Below are positions 34,966 to 46,708 of a DNA stretch of 64,000 nucleotides, piece after piece. Position 1 is the stretch's first letter; every line of letters starts with the position of its first letter. Source of the stretch: Epithemia pelagica (taxonomy: Eukaryota; Protista; Bacillariophyta). The stretch lies in contig OX337241.1 of assembly GCA_946965045.2 (NCBI GenBank), positions 124,001 to 188,000 of the forward strand. The letters are read 5' to 3'. The translations under genes and the position numbers were made by a program. The notes beneath the pieces are model-generated. The model ran no database searches and was not told the DNA's origin. It saw nothing but the letters and a program-made list of their open reading frames with translations.

Positions 34966-36730
34966 CTTCTTCTTCTTCTTCTTCTTCTTGTTGGGCAACG
35001 ACACCACCAACAAGACAACACCAACAATCGTAGTTTTCCTGTGCTAATGCAAAGAGTTCTCTTTATCTTCTTCGTCTTTGTCCTCTCTTGGCACTGCAGC
35101 AGCAGTATGGTGTGTCAAAGGTATCTTTTTCATTTTGCAAAGAAAAAGACAACATCTGCTCGCGCAACGACGAAAAGTCACGTCTGACAAACGCGACCGA
35201 GGTCGCGTTCCAACAGTCCGTCCGTCGACACAAATCGATTATCGATCAATGAACTCTCTCTTTGCCCTAGAGAGTTGATATACTCCTACCGATTATTCGA
35301 TCGATCGAACACAAAACCCAACGAACCACACAACGGGGTAAGGACGACGCCGACGCCACGAGCACATACTATGCGATGATGGACGAAACCAACCAATCGA
35401 TCTCCATTCTGCGTGTGTGGGTGCACTGTAATGGTCCCGCCAAAAAACCAACAACACCCCAAACCAACAACACCATACAACCACACTCTCAACGTTGTGC
35501 GTTCCCACCGTAGGCCGCCAGCCTCCCCCACAGAACCCTTCTGGTTCCTCTGACCAAACAGGATATTTGGCAGTGGAATCCATGAATCCCATGCTACGAG
35601 CAGCAGCAGTCCAAACTATCTACTTCTAGAGGTAGAGAGTGTCGATCCATATTATAATAGAGGAGGAGACAACCACAAACAGCTACTGCAGAGTCACGTG
35701 CCATGCAGGATCAGGATTGTCGTGCGTTAGTGTCCTATAAAATAGTATAATGATCATGAGTGGAGGAACGGATTGGATGGCCGCTGTGGTAGTGGCCATT
35801 CCATCTTTTTTTTTCGGCAAGACACAGCCCTCTCCATTCGCCAGCAAGCTTTCTGGACCTGCTCTCGGTGGGAGTATCATGGTAGTATTCTACCGAGTCT
35901 GCACAGTCTTCTAACCTTGGCCCAAGGTTCGAATACTTTATGAGATCGATGCGAGACTCCAACATTGTTGGACCACGGGATCTTTCCCTCTCCCCCTTTG
36001 GTAACGAGGAGAGGGGGGTTCGCCGACCCTCGTTGGTTCTCAATAGAGTCGATCCTCTGATGGCTCTAGTAGAGAGCGTTAATGGATATCAATAATCCCA
36101 ATCACAAATCACAATGCTTTGCAATAGAGAGAATAGAAACTACCTAGTAGAAAGAGGGGTTGAGGAGCATGTTCTTTCTTGGCTCCCATGGTTCTCGTTT
36201 CTTGTTGGGCCTGATTCGTTTTGGGGGCTGGGGTTCACTAGTGCCTTCTCTCCGGGTGTGCCCTGGGCTGAAAATAGGGGGGGAGAAGGCAGAGGAGAGG
36301 GGGAGAGGAGGGGGAGAGAGAAGGAGAGAAGAAGGAGATTCCGTAAGTCAGATTCCTTCATGAAATCGATCCGCGTATTGCTCGCAGTCTCACGTTTGTT
36401 TCCTCTGACGTATGAAATGTTCTAGGACGCTCCAAGCTTCCCTCAGAGGGGAGAAGGCACTTCCCCTCCAAAACGATTAAGCCCTTCATGTCGTTTCAGC
36501 ACCTTTTTGTTATTGAAACGACATTCTACACTGGTACAATCCTCCCGACCATCCGATGACCTTTCACGTGGTTCTACGTAGCATGTGATGAGGCGTATCC
36601 AGTCTGTGCTTCGCATCACAATCGGAACTGCTTGCACCTCGCACAAGATCTTGTCATAATTCTTTTTGCTACGATGTTACTCACTACGAATTTTTCTTTT
36701 TGTTGTTTGTCATGCAGGTATTCAGGTCAA

Positions 36731-39700
36731 TCAAGAGAATGAAGATGGTGCCTTGTTCAAGGCTCGTTTGAGGCAGCGTCGGTCATGGGGTGGACGTCCT
36801 TTCCCTCGTTCTACGCAGTACTTCATGTACTTGACGCAACAGAACTGGGCTTGGACACGAGGTGGTGGTCCGAAGGGAGGAAAGGTGGGCATGCATCTTG
36901 GGACGGATTGAAGACCACCCCAGCCATGGGGATTGCTGTTGAATGCAAAGGGGTATTGCTGTTGATCGGGGAGTGTTGTTGGCCGTTGCTGATTTTGCTT
37001 GTACGGGTTGACAGGTTGGTTTTTCTGTCTTGTTGTCGTTGTTGTTGTTGTCGATTGCAGTACCACCAACCCATTTGTTGTTGTTGCCATTGCAGGTGTG
37101 CTGTTTGCTGCATTTTGAGGCTCTTTGTGTTGTTGTTGTTGATCCTGCACTGTCGCTGCTGATTGATTTGTTGCTGCCATCGTTGTTGTTGGTAAGGCTT
37201 CGCTGTTGTTTGTAACCTTTTGCTTTTTGTTGCTGGTGTTGTTCTCATCCAAATCGTTGCTCTCTTTTTCTTCTCCCTCTCTTTCCTTTCTCTTATTGCT
37301 ACTGATTGCCTGTGCTTGTGCTGTTTCTTGTTGTTGTGTCTGTTGTTGTGTTTCTTGCCGTGTCTGTTGTTGTGTTTCTGGCTGTGTCTGTGGTTGTTGT
37401 ATTTTGGCTGGATTCTCCTCGCTGTCCTGTTGTTGGATTTCATCTTCGACCTCTGACTCCTCCTCTGCCAAACCCAACAATGGAATGGACGTGTCATGCG
37501 GCAACCTCTTCTTGTTGCTCGCACATTTTCGGCACTGGCATCGATCGTTGAGTGGATGCTTTGGAACTTGTTGCGTGATTTCTTTTCTCGTTTCCAGGTA
37601 CTCGGAGAAAAACCGTTCTCCCGTATCTTCTGGAAGCTTCTCAACCTCTGGAAAGGGAGGACGAGAAGCTCCAGACATCGAGGCAAGTATATTGATCATG
37701 TTTGTTTTGCATGCGTTACCAAAACTCACCACCATTTCCCATCCTGCAGGCACCACTGAACGTTCTTCTTGAGACTTCGTCATGATTCTCATCTTGTGAC
37801 GAATTGCCCTGTTATACTGGGCCGTGCCTGCCAAATTCAAAGCATCTGCGAGAGTTTCTCGCATGCCACAGTTGGCAAAATGCGTCAAATTGTCATGAAC
37901 GCTCTCGAGCTTACTCTCTTCTCTCAAAGGTACGTACTCCACCAGCTGGTTGCTTGATCTTGGTGATGGAGGTATCTCACGATACATTTTCTCCACGGGC
38001 AAGGGATCAGCAAGGAACTTTGCCTTCTCTTTACAGTTTTCCAGTGCTTGATGTGTTTCGGCCGTAAAAAGAGGTTGATTGGAGTGTGGATCCAATCGGC
38101 CTCGTGCTGGTGGCTTGCCAGGAGTGGAAATGCACTTGTATTTGCACTTCCACTCCTCCAACTTGAGGACAATCGTATCGCCACCCCGAATAATCTTCCG
38201 TAAGTTCTTTGAGTACCTCTGTCGAAAGGTCTTTGTTCCCATCATTTCACTGATCTCTTCGTCTGTGTATTGTTTCTTGGAGCTTGACATGGTTCCATTT
38301 TTCAAAGAACCAACAAGTTTCTCCAAGTCTTCAGGATGGTACTCGTAGATTGCATCCAACAAATCCTTCATGGCTATCCCAAAGTCAATGTGCCGTTGTC
38401 TGAGCGTCTTGGTGATCCTCTGTATGAAATGGAAAAGGCCAAGACGGCCCTCCAAGTCATCAACCAACAACAACCAAAAATCCTTGCCACAAGGCCATGT
38501 GTCAGAGTACATGGCCTTGGGGCAAAACCCGGTACGTCTCAGCACTTGTTCCGCAGCATGTGCAAACTCGAGTGCTGATGTGTCGTGCACTAACACTGCA
38601 CAAGCAATTTCTCCTGCCTCTGTTGCCATGGTCCACATTGCAGCTGCATTGAGGCGTCTTGGATAAGTTTTCACTACCTGGTGGGTGTGGTCGTGAGCAA
38701 ACATGTGCTGGCATCTAACCCCTTGAATCTCTCTTGTGTTTCTCTCATTGTCCGACACCATCCAGGGTTGCCATTCGGAGCTTGCTCCATCATCATATAG
38801 CTGGCGGATTGTCTCGCCTAAAGGTGGGTAGCGAACCAGAAACTCACCATCCTTTTGCACGTAGTCTTCTGATTCTTTTCCTGTAGCAGCACAATAAGAA
38901 TAGTATCTCATTGTCTTGTCTTCATAGTAGGTGTTGATTCCTTCATATAGCATCCGACTGATGTAATCCCCATTGCCATAGGTTACCATTGATGCTTCCA
39001 TAATCCTCGTAGCATCTTTAGCTAGATGCGATGTTCCTCTAGCATACTTGGATTCCACTGGGTAACACATAGCCATGTAGGGAGGCAGTCGTGCGAGCAA
39101 TTCTTCATCATTCGCATAGAAGGCAGCCGAGCACCCGGCACACTTGTATCCCATAAGTATTGCATACTTTGGGGGACCAGACATGGCGAAAATGGGGAAA
39201 AGGGACTTGTTTTTTGAAAAGTTCGATCGCGTACGCTGGAGATTACCCCGGCAACGAGGACAACGCAAGTGGTGACTGGGGAAAAACAGCTCCCAATCAA
39301 CAACCAGGAGTTCCTGTCCCACAATCGAGTCGTACAAAGCACTCGTGTTGTCGGCAATGGGGGGTACAGTAACGGTAATATTAGTGAAGAAAGGTTTCAA
39401 ATTCTCAACACAACGCTTAGAACCAAGGCACGTGTCGGTCACATAACTCGCCAACGCATGCACAGCACGTGGGACATGCACCTCCGTAGGTACTGCTGTC
39501 ACACGCATAATTACCTCAAACTTGAAATCTTCGGCTGTTGGAACATACACGCCTTCCTCGCCACCAACGGTAGAACTTTCCGTTGCCGTAGTCTCCGTAG
39601 TTGATTGTGTTTTTTCATTTTCAGCGTCTCTTGTCGTTGCTTTTTTCGACGAGCAATTTGGACGATGCTCCATGAAAGTGTTGAGTGCCTCCTGTGTGAC

Positions 39701-40063
39701 ATTGGAGGCGGACAATCTCTCTGCACTGGTAAGTTGCTTGCGGATTGCTTTGGCATGGGCAGCCTGGGCCTTTTCTGAGGCCACTACCTCTGCTCCTCTT
39801 CCATCGTTCATTCCCTTGCCCCTTGTTGTTGTGTTTTTGCTGCATCTGGGGTGGTGAGGGCGATGAGGGATGGCCATTCCTCTTGCCTTGGCCCTGCAGA
39901 TGGGGCAGTCAATGTCGGACTCAAAGATGACCGAAAGGTCCATCTTTCTCCAACCTGAACGCTTCTTCCAACTCTTCTTTGGCCAACGAGAGTACTGATT
40001 TCCGTATCGTTGCGACTGTGGCCCCATGGCCTTGGCCGCTGTGAATTGTGCTGCAGAACTCAT
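36731..40063 (-). CDS. Putative DDE transposase (MULE/KDZ-like, DUF6729-type), intact 1110-aa ORF
   Basis: Cys motifs (CPRC...YKCAGC). Candidate catalytic motifs FAHDHT, MYSDTWPC, LFHFIQRI and SKLESVH. CxxC/H zinc-like motifs at both termini. Lies inside the TIRs. Confidence 0.75.
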   Translation of the reverse strand: MSSAAQFTAAKAMGPQSQRYGNQYSRWPKKSWKKRSGWRKMDLSVIFESDIDCPICRAKARGMAIPHRPHHPRCSKNTTTRGKGMNDGRGAEVVASEKAQAAHAKAIRKQLTSAERLSASNVTQEALNTFMEHRPNCSSKKATTRDAENEKTQSTTETTATESSTVGGEEGVYVPTAEDFKFEVIMRVTAVPTEVHVPRAVHALASYVTDTCLGSKRCVENLKPFFTNITVTVPPIADNTSALYDSIVGQELLVVDWELFFPSHHLRCPRCRGNLQRTRSNFSKNKSLFPIFAMSGPPKYAILMGYKCAGCSAAFYANDEELLARLPPYMAMCYPVESKYARGTSHLAKDATRIMEASMVTYGNGDYISRMLYEGINTYYEDKTMRYYSYCAATGKESEDYVQKDGEFLVRYPPLGETIRQLYDDGASSEWQPWMVSDNERNTREIQGVRCQHMFAHDHTHQVVKTYPRRLNAAAMWTMATEAGEIACAVLVHDTSALEFAHAAEQVLRRTGFCPKAMYSDTWPCGKDFWLLLVDDLEGRLGLFHFIQRITKTLRQRHIDFGIAMKDLLDAIYEYHPEDLEKLVGSLKNGTMSSSKKQYTDEEISEMMGTKTFRQRYSKNLRKIIRGGDTIVLKLEEWKCKYKCISTPGKPPARGRLDPHSNQPLFTAETHQALENCKEKAKFLADPLPVEKMYREIPPSPRSSNQLVEYVPLREESKLESVHDNLTHFANCGMRETLADALNLAGTAQYNRAIRHKMRIMTKSQEERSVVPAGWEMVVSFGNACKTNMINILASMSGASRPPFPEVEKLPEDTGERFFSEYLETRKEITQQVPKHPLNDRCQCRKCASNKKRLPHDTSIPLLGLAEEESEVEDEIQQQDSEENPAKIQQPQTQPETQQQTRQETQQQTQQQETAQAQAISSNKRKEREGEEKESNDLDENNTSNKKQKVTNNSEALPTTTMAATNQSAATVQDQQQQHKEPQNAANSTPAMATTTNGLVVLQSTTTTTTTRQKNQPVNPYKQNQQRPTTLPDQQQYPFAFNSNPHGWGGLQSVPRCMPTFPPFGPPPRVQAQFCCVKYMKYCVERGKGRPPHDRRCLKRALNKAPSSFS

Positions 40064-40364
40064 GATCTCTATTTGTTATTCTAACTTATTGAAGTGTATC
40101 CTCTTTTCCAGGCTTCTGACCATGCTCAAAAGGGTCATGAGATGGTCAGAAGAGGACTTGTCGCAATGGTCGACTTGGCCATGCCATGGGCGACCGTGAA
40201 GGACCGACCGGATCGGCTGATGGAATCTTCCCTCCATGTTTTTTGTCCGTGATTCGATGGGTTCCCGGGACACGGTAAGACACTTGTAACGACATTTGTT
40301 TCCTAAGTGATTTTTTGTGAAACGACATTTCTAACCCAATCATATTGCTGCCTTTTGAAACTAA

Positions 40365-41920
40365 CACCCCTGACGGGCGAAAACGTACCGTTGGGCACAT
40401 GTTTTCAACTAGGAATAACTGGATCAATATTAGCCCTACGACAGTGATCTGATGCATCTTACCAATCTTTAAGGCATCCTCTGTCACCATTTGATGCTCC
40501 ATTTGGCCTACATAGGACATATGGGGGTCATAGGAGTGCCTCTATTAGAAGCTTGTGGTGTGTGCAACGTGTGTGGGCACATTATGGGCACATTATAGAA
40601 ACTCATGTAAAGCTCGGCTTTAAGACTTACTACGTCCTAGTATTTGAACTTGTAGGCAACACTTGGCTCCTGAGTCTCAGAGAACTCAAAGGACAGGTTG
40701 CTACTCGGTTGTTGTGGTCGCTGGCATTGACGACGAGCATTAACAACAACGTCGATTCCTGTCAAGTTTTCATTCTCGTTGGCTCCAGACGGCGTGGTGA
40801 CGAGGAGGACAAGTTGTGCATTTGATGAGGCCACCATTTCTTGTTCATGTTGATCTTGCTCTCATTGTTGTGGTTGTTGTTCTTGGGTGGCCACGTGAGT
40901 AATTGCAGTGGTCTGAGGGAGCTGTTGTCCCTGCTGCTGTTGCACTTGTCGTGCTCCTGCTGCTGGTGGACGGTGCGGCGCACGATAGACATCTCCAGGG
41001 AATCTGTCATCGTGATTTATCTTTCGAAGCTGGTAAGATGTCTTGTGTAAGAGCTCACGCGTCCTGCTTCCATCCCTCATGTCGAGTAGCTCAACTTCCC
41101 AAGCCTTGCTGCCCCGGGCTTGCACAATGATTACAGGTTCATTGCTGGCCCTGATGAAAGCCCTGGACCCAGGACCAAGCTGACTTCCTCCAGCCATTCC
41201 TTCTTCTTCCTCGTGGTCTGTTTTGTCTTGCTGTTATCACTACCCTCGACACTGTCGTTCTCTCGTTGTCTTGTTGTCGTGCTCAAGAAATTGACACTTT
41301 TTGTAATGATTCCTATTACAAAAAGGTTCAAATACTTGAACGCAAAAAGCTTCCATAGAGCATTCCTCATCCTGATGAACAACCCGATGGGGACTGTTCA
41401 AATAGCACAAGAACATGTGTTACCATTGTATGATTGCTGGATTGGTGTGTGCGTTCAAAATTTTGGGGTACACATTTTTGTCAAAGAATCTTCTGGGTGT
41501 CCCCCGTGGGGTTCGCACTTCCGAATCAGCGCCGACCTGAACACGCCAGGCCGGACAAGGCCGGGACGTGGCTGGGAAAGTCGACCATGGGACAAAAAAT
41601 GGCGCAAAAGTGTTGCAATGCATCTGCCAAAAACGTCTCGACGTCTTATCATGGTCATAGGACTGTCATGCGACCTCCCATAATGGTGGGCCCACATATG
41701 CCCAAGTGTGCCCACATGCACCATCACGGTGCACAAGCCCCGAATGGAGGCGCTCATATGACCTAGATATGTCATATATGGGTGTCATGGCATATCAAAT
41801 GGTGACAGAGGATGTCTTGAAGAAAAAGTTTGAGCATCCACATGTTGCCGTAGGCCTAATATTGGTCATGTTATATCTAGTTGAAAACATGTGCCCAAAG
41901 GGTCGTTTTGACCTGTAATG
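40365..41920. repeat. Imperfect inverted repeat pair of about 230 bp (about 40365-40595 and 41690-41920) inside the transposon
   Basis: For example, gggcacatgttttcaactag...cctctgtcaccatttgat on the left is the reverse complement of atcaaatggtgacagagg...ctagttgaaaacatgtgccc on the right. Confidence 0.85.
40637..41197 (-). pseudogene. Second transposon ORF (about 186 codons) with an in-frame TGA at 40862-40864
   Basis: ORFs 40862-41197 and 40637-40837 share one frame. Beta-barrel-like N-terminus (RAFIRASNEPVIIVQARGSKAWEVELLD), then a Gln-rich linker. Confidence 0.45.
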
Positions 41921-42174
41921 GGCACACGGCTAGAGGAGGCACTAGGGCAATGGGCAATACCAAACATTGAGACTTTTGGCTCAACCTTGGCCATTGGGCA
42001 TAATGACCTGTCCTCTCTATTTAACAGAGTTCACTTGTAGCCTGCTCTACAGTGACATTTTTCGTTCGATTGGGCGTATTGGAGTTTGGTTTCTCGAGGA
42101 TGGCAGCCCTCACATTTTGTTGTCCTGCCATTCTCATATAATATATAATACTAGAGACAACGCTCCCCCCACTC

Positions 42175-42887
42175 AGGGGGTATGTTATCGGGCGCGCGGA
42201 GCATGGGCGGAGCATGGATATGGGGGGAGCAATGCATGCTCCACGATGCATGCTCCGCGCGTCTATATTATCGGTGGGCGGATGCAGAGATGCGGAGCAT
42301 GCGCGGCGCGCGCGCTCAAAATCCTCGACCGTCACGGAAACGCGTATGGGTCGCCTTAAGTATGGAATCGAAAAGGAAGGAGAAGAGCAACTTTGGGAAG
42401 ACGATGGCAAGCAAAGGGGTGGTTTCCGGACACAATAATCATTCCCTTTATAGACTACTTATCATTTAGAGTATCCATTGGATATTTCACCTGTTGTTCT
42501 GTTGGCCCTACGAGCTCATGTGGGAAATACACGTCAATATCCATGCTCTATGGAAACACAACCTCCACCATGAGGATGGAAAAGACTCCTAAAGAGCAAG
42601 GCAGCAACAGTTGGCCGACTATATGTACTTGTCTACAATACTAGTGCCTAGATAGACTCTGTCATCGCTTTTGTCCATGACAAATCCATCATCGGAAGAC
42701 TTCGACTGTTCGACGCATTGAGTGTGTGGTGTGAGGGCGCGTGATTTTGCTTCCAACCATGCTCCACCCGCACTCTTCCTCCGCATGTAAATTTTGCGGA
42801 GGAAAGCTCTATATCCGGGTTGGTTTGGCCTTTCTCCGCCCATATCATGCTCCGCACATGCTCCGCGCGCCCGATAATATACCCCCT
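42175..42887. mobile_element. 713-bp non-autonomous element (MITE) with TIRs of about 50 bp and a 5-bp TSD (CACTC)
   Basis: TIR AGGGGGTAT(G/A)TTATCGGGCGCGCGGAGCATG at both ends. CACTC at 42170-42174 and 42888-42892. The empty site (tcactcgcgc) is in the paralog at about 44641. Confidence 0.88.
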
Positions 42888-42955
42888 CACTCTTGCGCGA
42901 CCATCCTCTGGTGTAGTTTGTTGGAAAACCAAAGTAACAAGTAATACAAATAATC

Positions 42956-43729
42956 ATGAATCCCAAGACACCAACTGCCACCGAATACGCCAACATGGAA
43001 GAGGGAAAGGCACGGATGCAATCGACAATTGGACGATCACACCAACACCAACACCGTCCTCCTCCTCGAGAACCGTTGCTCGAGATGTTCTGTTGCAACC
43101 TAACACCCCGACAATTAGGAATGTTCGTGTTTGGATGGTTACTGGGTACCTGTATCGAGAGCTTCTTGTTTCAGTGTTTTACCGACTCTCAGATTGTCCA
43201 ACTCGTCGTTACCCGTTCCATGGTGTGGTGTACCGTCCTATTGGTGCTTCTCGTGGTAACCAAGTTTTGCTTTCCAGGGTATTTCATTATACGAATATTC
43301 TGTGCGGCATGCTGCAAACAAGACGTTGAAGATTTTGCTGATATCTTATTCGAGTCTGAACACAATGACAATGATAAGGACAATACTCTTTTTCAGGGGG
43401 GCTTTGTGGATGGACTCGAGACAGAGACGCCATGCTCGTCGTGTCAAGAAGCAGACCACCAGGAAGACTGCAAGGTCCGATCATCCTCATTGTCACGTCA
43501 TCATGAAAACCAACAACACGAACAACAAGAAGGCACCAGAATAATAGAAGTTCCTCTTCTTTTGGTAGACCAAACCAAGGAAGGACTACCACCACCTCGA
43601 CGATCTTGCACGTGCATTGTGTTGGAACTAATGGGAGTTGGATTTGTATTCGGCATGGTCACTGTGGCCATTGTTCTTGCCAATATGGAACCAGTTGCTA
43701 TCCATCCCGAATATTATGGTTCCTCATGA
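42956..43729 (+). CDS. 3-TM membrane protein, tandem family copy 1
   Basis: 257 aa with hydrophobic segments GMFVFGWLLG, VWCTVLLVLLVVTKFCFPGYF and LELMGVGFVFGMVTVAIVL. Two nearby paralogs. Confidence 0.75.
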   Translation: MNPKTPTATEYANMEEGKARMQSTIGRSHQHQHRPPPREPLLEMFCCNLTPRQLGMFVFGWLLGTCIESFLFQCFTDSQIVQLVVTRSMVWCTVLLVLLVVTKFCFPGYFIIRIFCAACCKQDVEDFADILFESEHNDNDKDNTLFQGGFVDGLETETPCSSCQEADHQEDCKVRSSSLSRHHENQQHEQQEGTRIIEVPLLLVDQTKEGLPPPRRSCTCIVLELMGVGFVFGMVTVAIVLANMEPVAIHPEYYGSS

Positions 43730-44723
43730 TCAATAAGCGAACGAGAAGATTTCCAGGTCGACGCAAAGTGCACCACTATCCATCAACCAAAACAATGGCA
43801 CCTACTCATACTAGAAGGAGTGATTGGCGGCGTTGACAGTCGTGGCCTTCTTCAATCACGGATACCGATACGCTCGCATCTCCACAATCTCCAATCGCGA
43901 TTGGACGCTGACACTCTGATGATTCACCATGTGGTGATCAATTTTGAAATGCCCAGGCCAGAGTGTGAAGTTGTTGGTACATTGCATCCTGCCGATTCTT
44001 GTAGAATGATTGGCGCCTTGTGTGAGGGAAGCTAAAAGACAATTTGTTTGATTGCCGTATGTTTGTCGTTTTTTTCTCCCACGCACAATCGAATATGGCA
44101 GTATGTATTAAAGACTGAGGAACGCATATCCGTTCCTCGTCCTCCATCAAGTTTGTTTTCTATTGAATCTATTCCCTTGCTAAAATATCTCGAGGGAATG
44201 TCATAGAGTCTGCACCAAGAAGGATATTAGGAGTAGGAGTATGGGATCTACCACTCGATCTTTCCCCTGAGGGTTCGCTTTCTATTTTCTACGCCTGATA
44301 TTTCAGTGTCAATAATTGTCAATGGTTGTCAGGTTGGCGTAATGGATGGATAATACCCAAAAAAAGAAATAATACTAGGTAGAGGCCAACATCAACGAGC
44401 ATGTGTTCTTTCTCGTTGCACCATCATCTGACACCCATGGTTCTCGTTGATTGTTGGGCCAGATGCAGGGGTCGAACATTGTGGACAGGGGCAATAACAA
44501 AGATTGTGACTTTGGGCCATTGGGTATCATGACCTGTCCTCTCTATTTAACAGAGAGAGTATACAGTCGTTGAGTTTGGTTGGGCGTATAATTTTTGCCG
44601 CTCTTCACATATTTTGTTGTCCAGTCAACATTCTCCCCTCTCACTCGCGCAAAAAGACAAGGAGAACCATCCTCTCGTGTTGTTTGTTTGTCAACCACAA
44701 AGTAACAAGGTATACAAATAGAA

Positions 44724-45465
44724 ATGAATCCCAAGACACCAACGCCAACTGCCGCCGACTGCGCCAACATGGAAGAGGGAAGGGTGGGGCTAGAATCGAC
44801 GATTGCACGACGACGAGGACCGCACCACCACCACCAACACCGTCCTCCTCCTCGAGAACCGTTGCTCGAGATGTTCTGTTGCAACCTAACACCCCGACAA
44901 GTAGGGTTGTTCGTGCTGGGATGGGTACTGGGTACCTGTCTCGAGTGCTTTTTGTTTCAGTGTTTTACCGACTCTCAGATTGTCCAACTCGTCGTTACCC
45001 GTTCCATGGTGTGGTGTACCGTCCTATTGGTGCTTCTCGCGGTAACCAAGTTTTGCCTTCCAGGGTATTTCATGACACAAATTTTCTGTGCAGTATGCTG
45101 GAAACAAGACATTGAAGATCACATTGATATCTTATTTGAGTCTGAGCACAATGACGAGGAGGATACTCTTTTTCTGGATGGCTTTGTGAATGGACTCGAC
45201 AAGGAGACTCCATGCTCGTCGTGTCAAGAAGCAGACCACCAAGGGCACTGCAAGGTCCGATCATCCTCTTTTACACGCCATCATGAAAAAACATCAACAC
45301 GAACAAGGACAAGACACCAGACAAGAAATCCCTCTTCTTCTGGTTGACCAAACCAAGGAAGGACTACCACCACCTCGACGATCTTCTACGTGCATTTTGT
45401 TGGAACTAATGGGAGTTGGATTTGTATTCGGCATGACAACAGTGGCCATTCTTCTTGGGGAGTAA
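44724..45465 (+). pseudogene. 3-TM membrane protein, tandem copy 2, with a +1 frameshift in an A6 run
   Basis: Highly similar to copy 1. The frame changes at gaaaaaac (45286-45291); deleting one A restores the EIPLLLVDQ...ELMGVGFVFG tail. Confidence 0.7.
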
Positions 45466-46708
45466 GTCTTCCTCAACACTTGTATAGAAACTGCTGTGCA
45501 AAGACTCGGATGGAACGTGATTTTCTCGAGTTTGATATTGTTTGTTGTACTCCTATTCTTCTTCTTGCAGACCCGGCGTTGCGCCACTCTCCATAACAAC
45601 AGCTATAATTGTGTCGCACTAGTAAGGCTTCTACTCTTAGATACAGGTTCGCTATCTATCAAGAATATTATGGTTCGTCATGATCCAGCGAACGAGTAGA
45701 CTTCAGGGTTACGCGAAGTGCACAACCATCCATCCCAAACGATGACATCTATTCTTACGAGGAGTGATTGGCATTGGCACGCTGATATAAATCCTATCTC
45801 AGTCGTGGTGATCTTCTTCAATCACGGATGCCCATCACTTCAAAGAATCTCCAATCGCGATGATAGGATGATGAAACGATAATGAGAGATGGGGATGGAG
45901 GCGTTTTCGTACACCATCATTTTAGTCTTCCACCCGGGATGGATTGTCGTGTCGTTCGTTATCCACTGATGAAAGGACGTTCGGTTTTTAAAATTAAGAG
46001 TCTCCATCAGATCGCGCTGTCCTTTCAACTGACACTCGATCCTCATCGTTTTGAGCGCCTTTCGTCGTATCTAGCTATCTCTGTCTTCATATGAGGACAT
46101 CATGCCCAAGATATTAAAGCCTGGCAACCTTTACCAAGATATTAAAGCCTGACAACTGGTACTATGACCAAACTAAACCTGAGGAAAACGATGGTGCCAT
46201 CCATTTCTCTCTATGCTGCAAAGAATACCATGAACTGAGATGTGCCAAATGTGTCCTCATATATGTCCTCATATGAGGACAATGGTAGACTAGACACTGT
46301 ACAGCCTTTTTCTGGTGAGATTGTTATTGTTGTTCTTTGTGAACAACGGGCCATAACAAAAAAAAAGATCCTGTTTATGCCGCCATCTGACAACTGACAT
46401 CAGCGGTTCTCGTTTCGTTTTGGGCCTAGTAAGTTTTGGGGGAGAAGGGTGGCTCGATCTTACAGGGGCTTAATCCGATGATGCACCTTTGACACTTTCT
46501 TTCTTTCGGTTTTGCTCTGACTTTTTACTTTGATCTTTGACTGGATATGTCAGAGAGTCATTCTTCTTAACTTTTTTTTGAAAAAGACTTTTGTGTTGGG
46601 TTTGTTTTGTTCCTCACACTTTTCGGAGCAACCATCACGACGTCGTCTCTCATACTCGATCAGAAACAATCTTGCAAGCCAACAACAACAAGAACAACAA
46701 AACCAATC

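Larger units (their letters stand above)
36242..41941 (-). mobile_element. 5.7-kb DNA transposon with short imperfect TIRs and a CTAG (or TA) target-site duplication
   Basis: Left end is CTAG|TGCCTTCTCTCCGGGTGTGCCC (36238-36263). Right end is GGGCACACGGCTAGAGGAGGCA|CTAG (41920-41945). The joined flanks match the uninterrupted paralogous sequence at about 44400-44550. Confidence 0.82.

Noticed and set aside
33843-35033. Long alternative-frame ORFs overlapping the PPR gene (and similar ones across 5-12 kb and 20-22 kb)
   Set aside because: Shadow ORFs produced by CAA/ACA/TTG-rich low-complexity coding sequence.
36236-41947. CACTA/EnSpm classification (left end reads CACTA)
   Set aside because: The right end is TAGGG rather than TAGTG, no 3-bp TSD fits, and the ORF lacks recognisable Tnp2 motifs.
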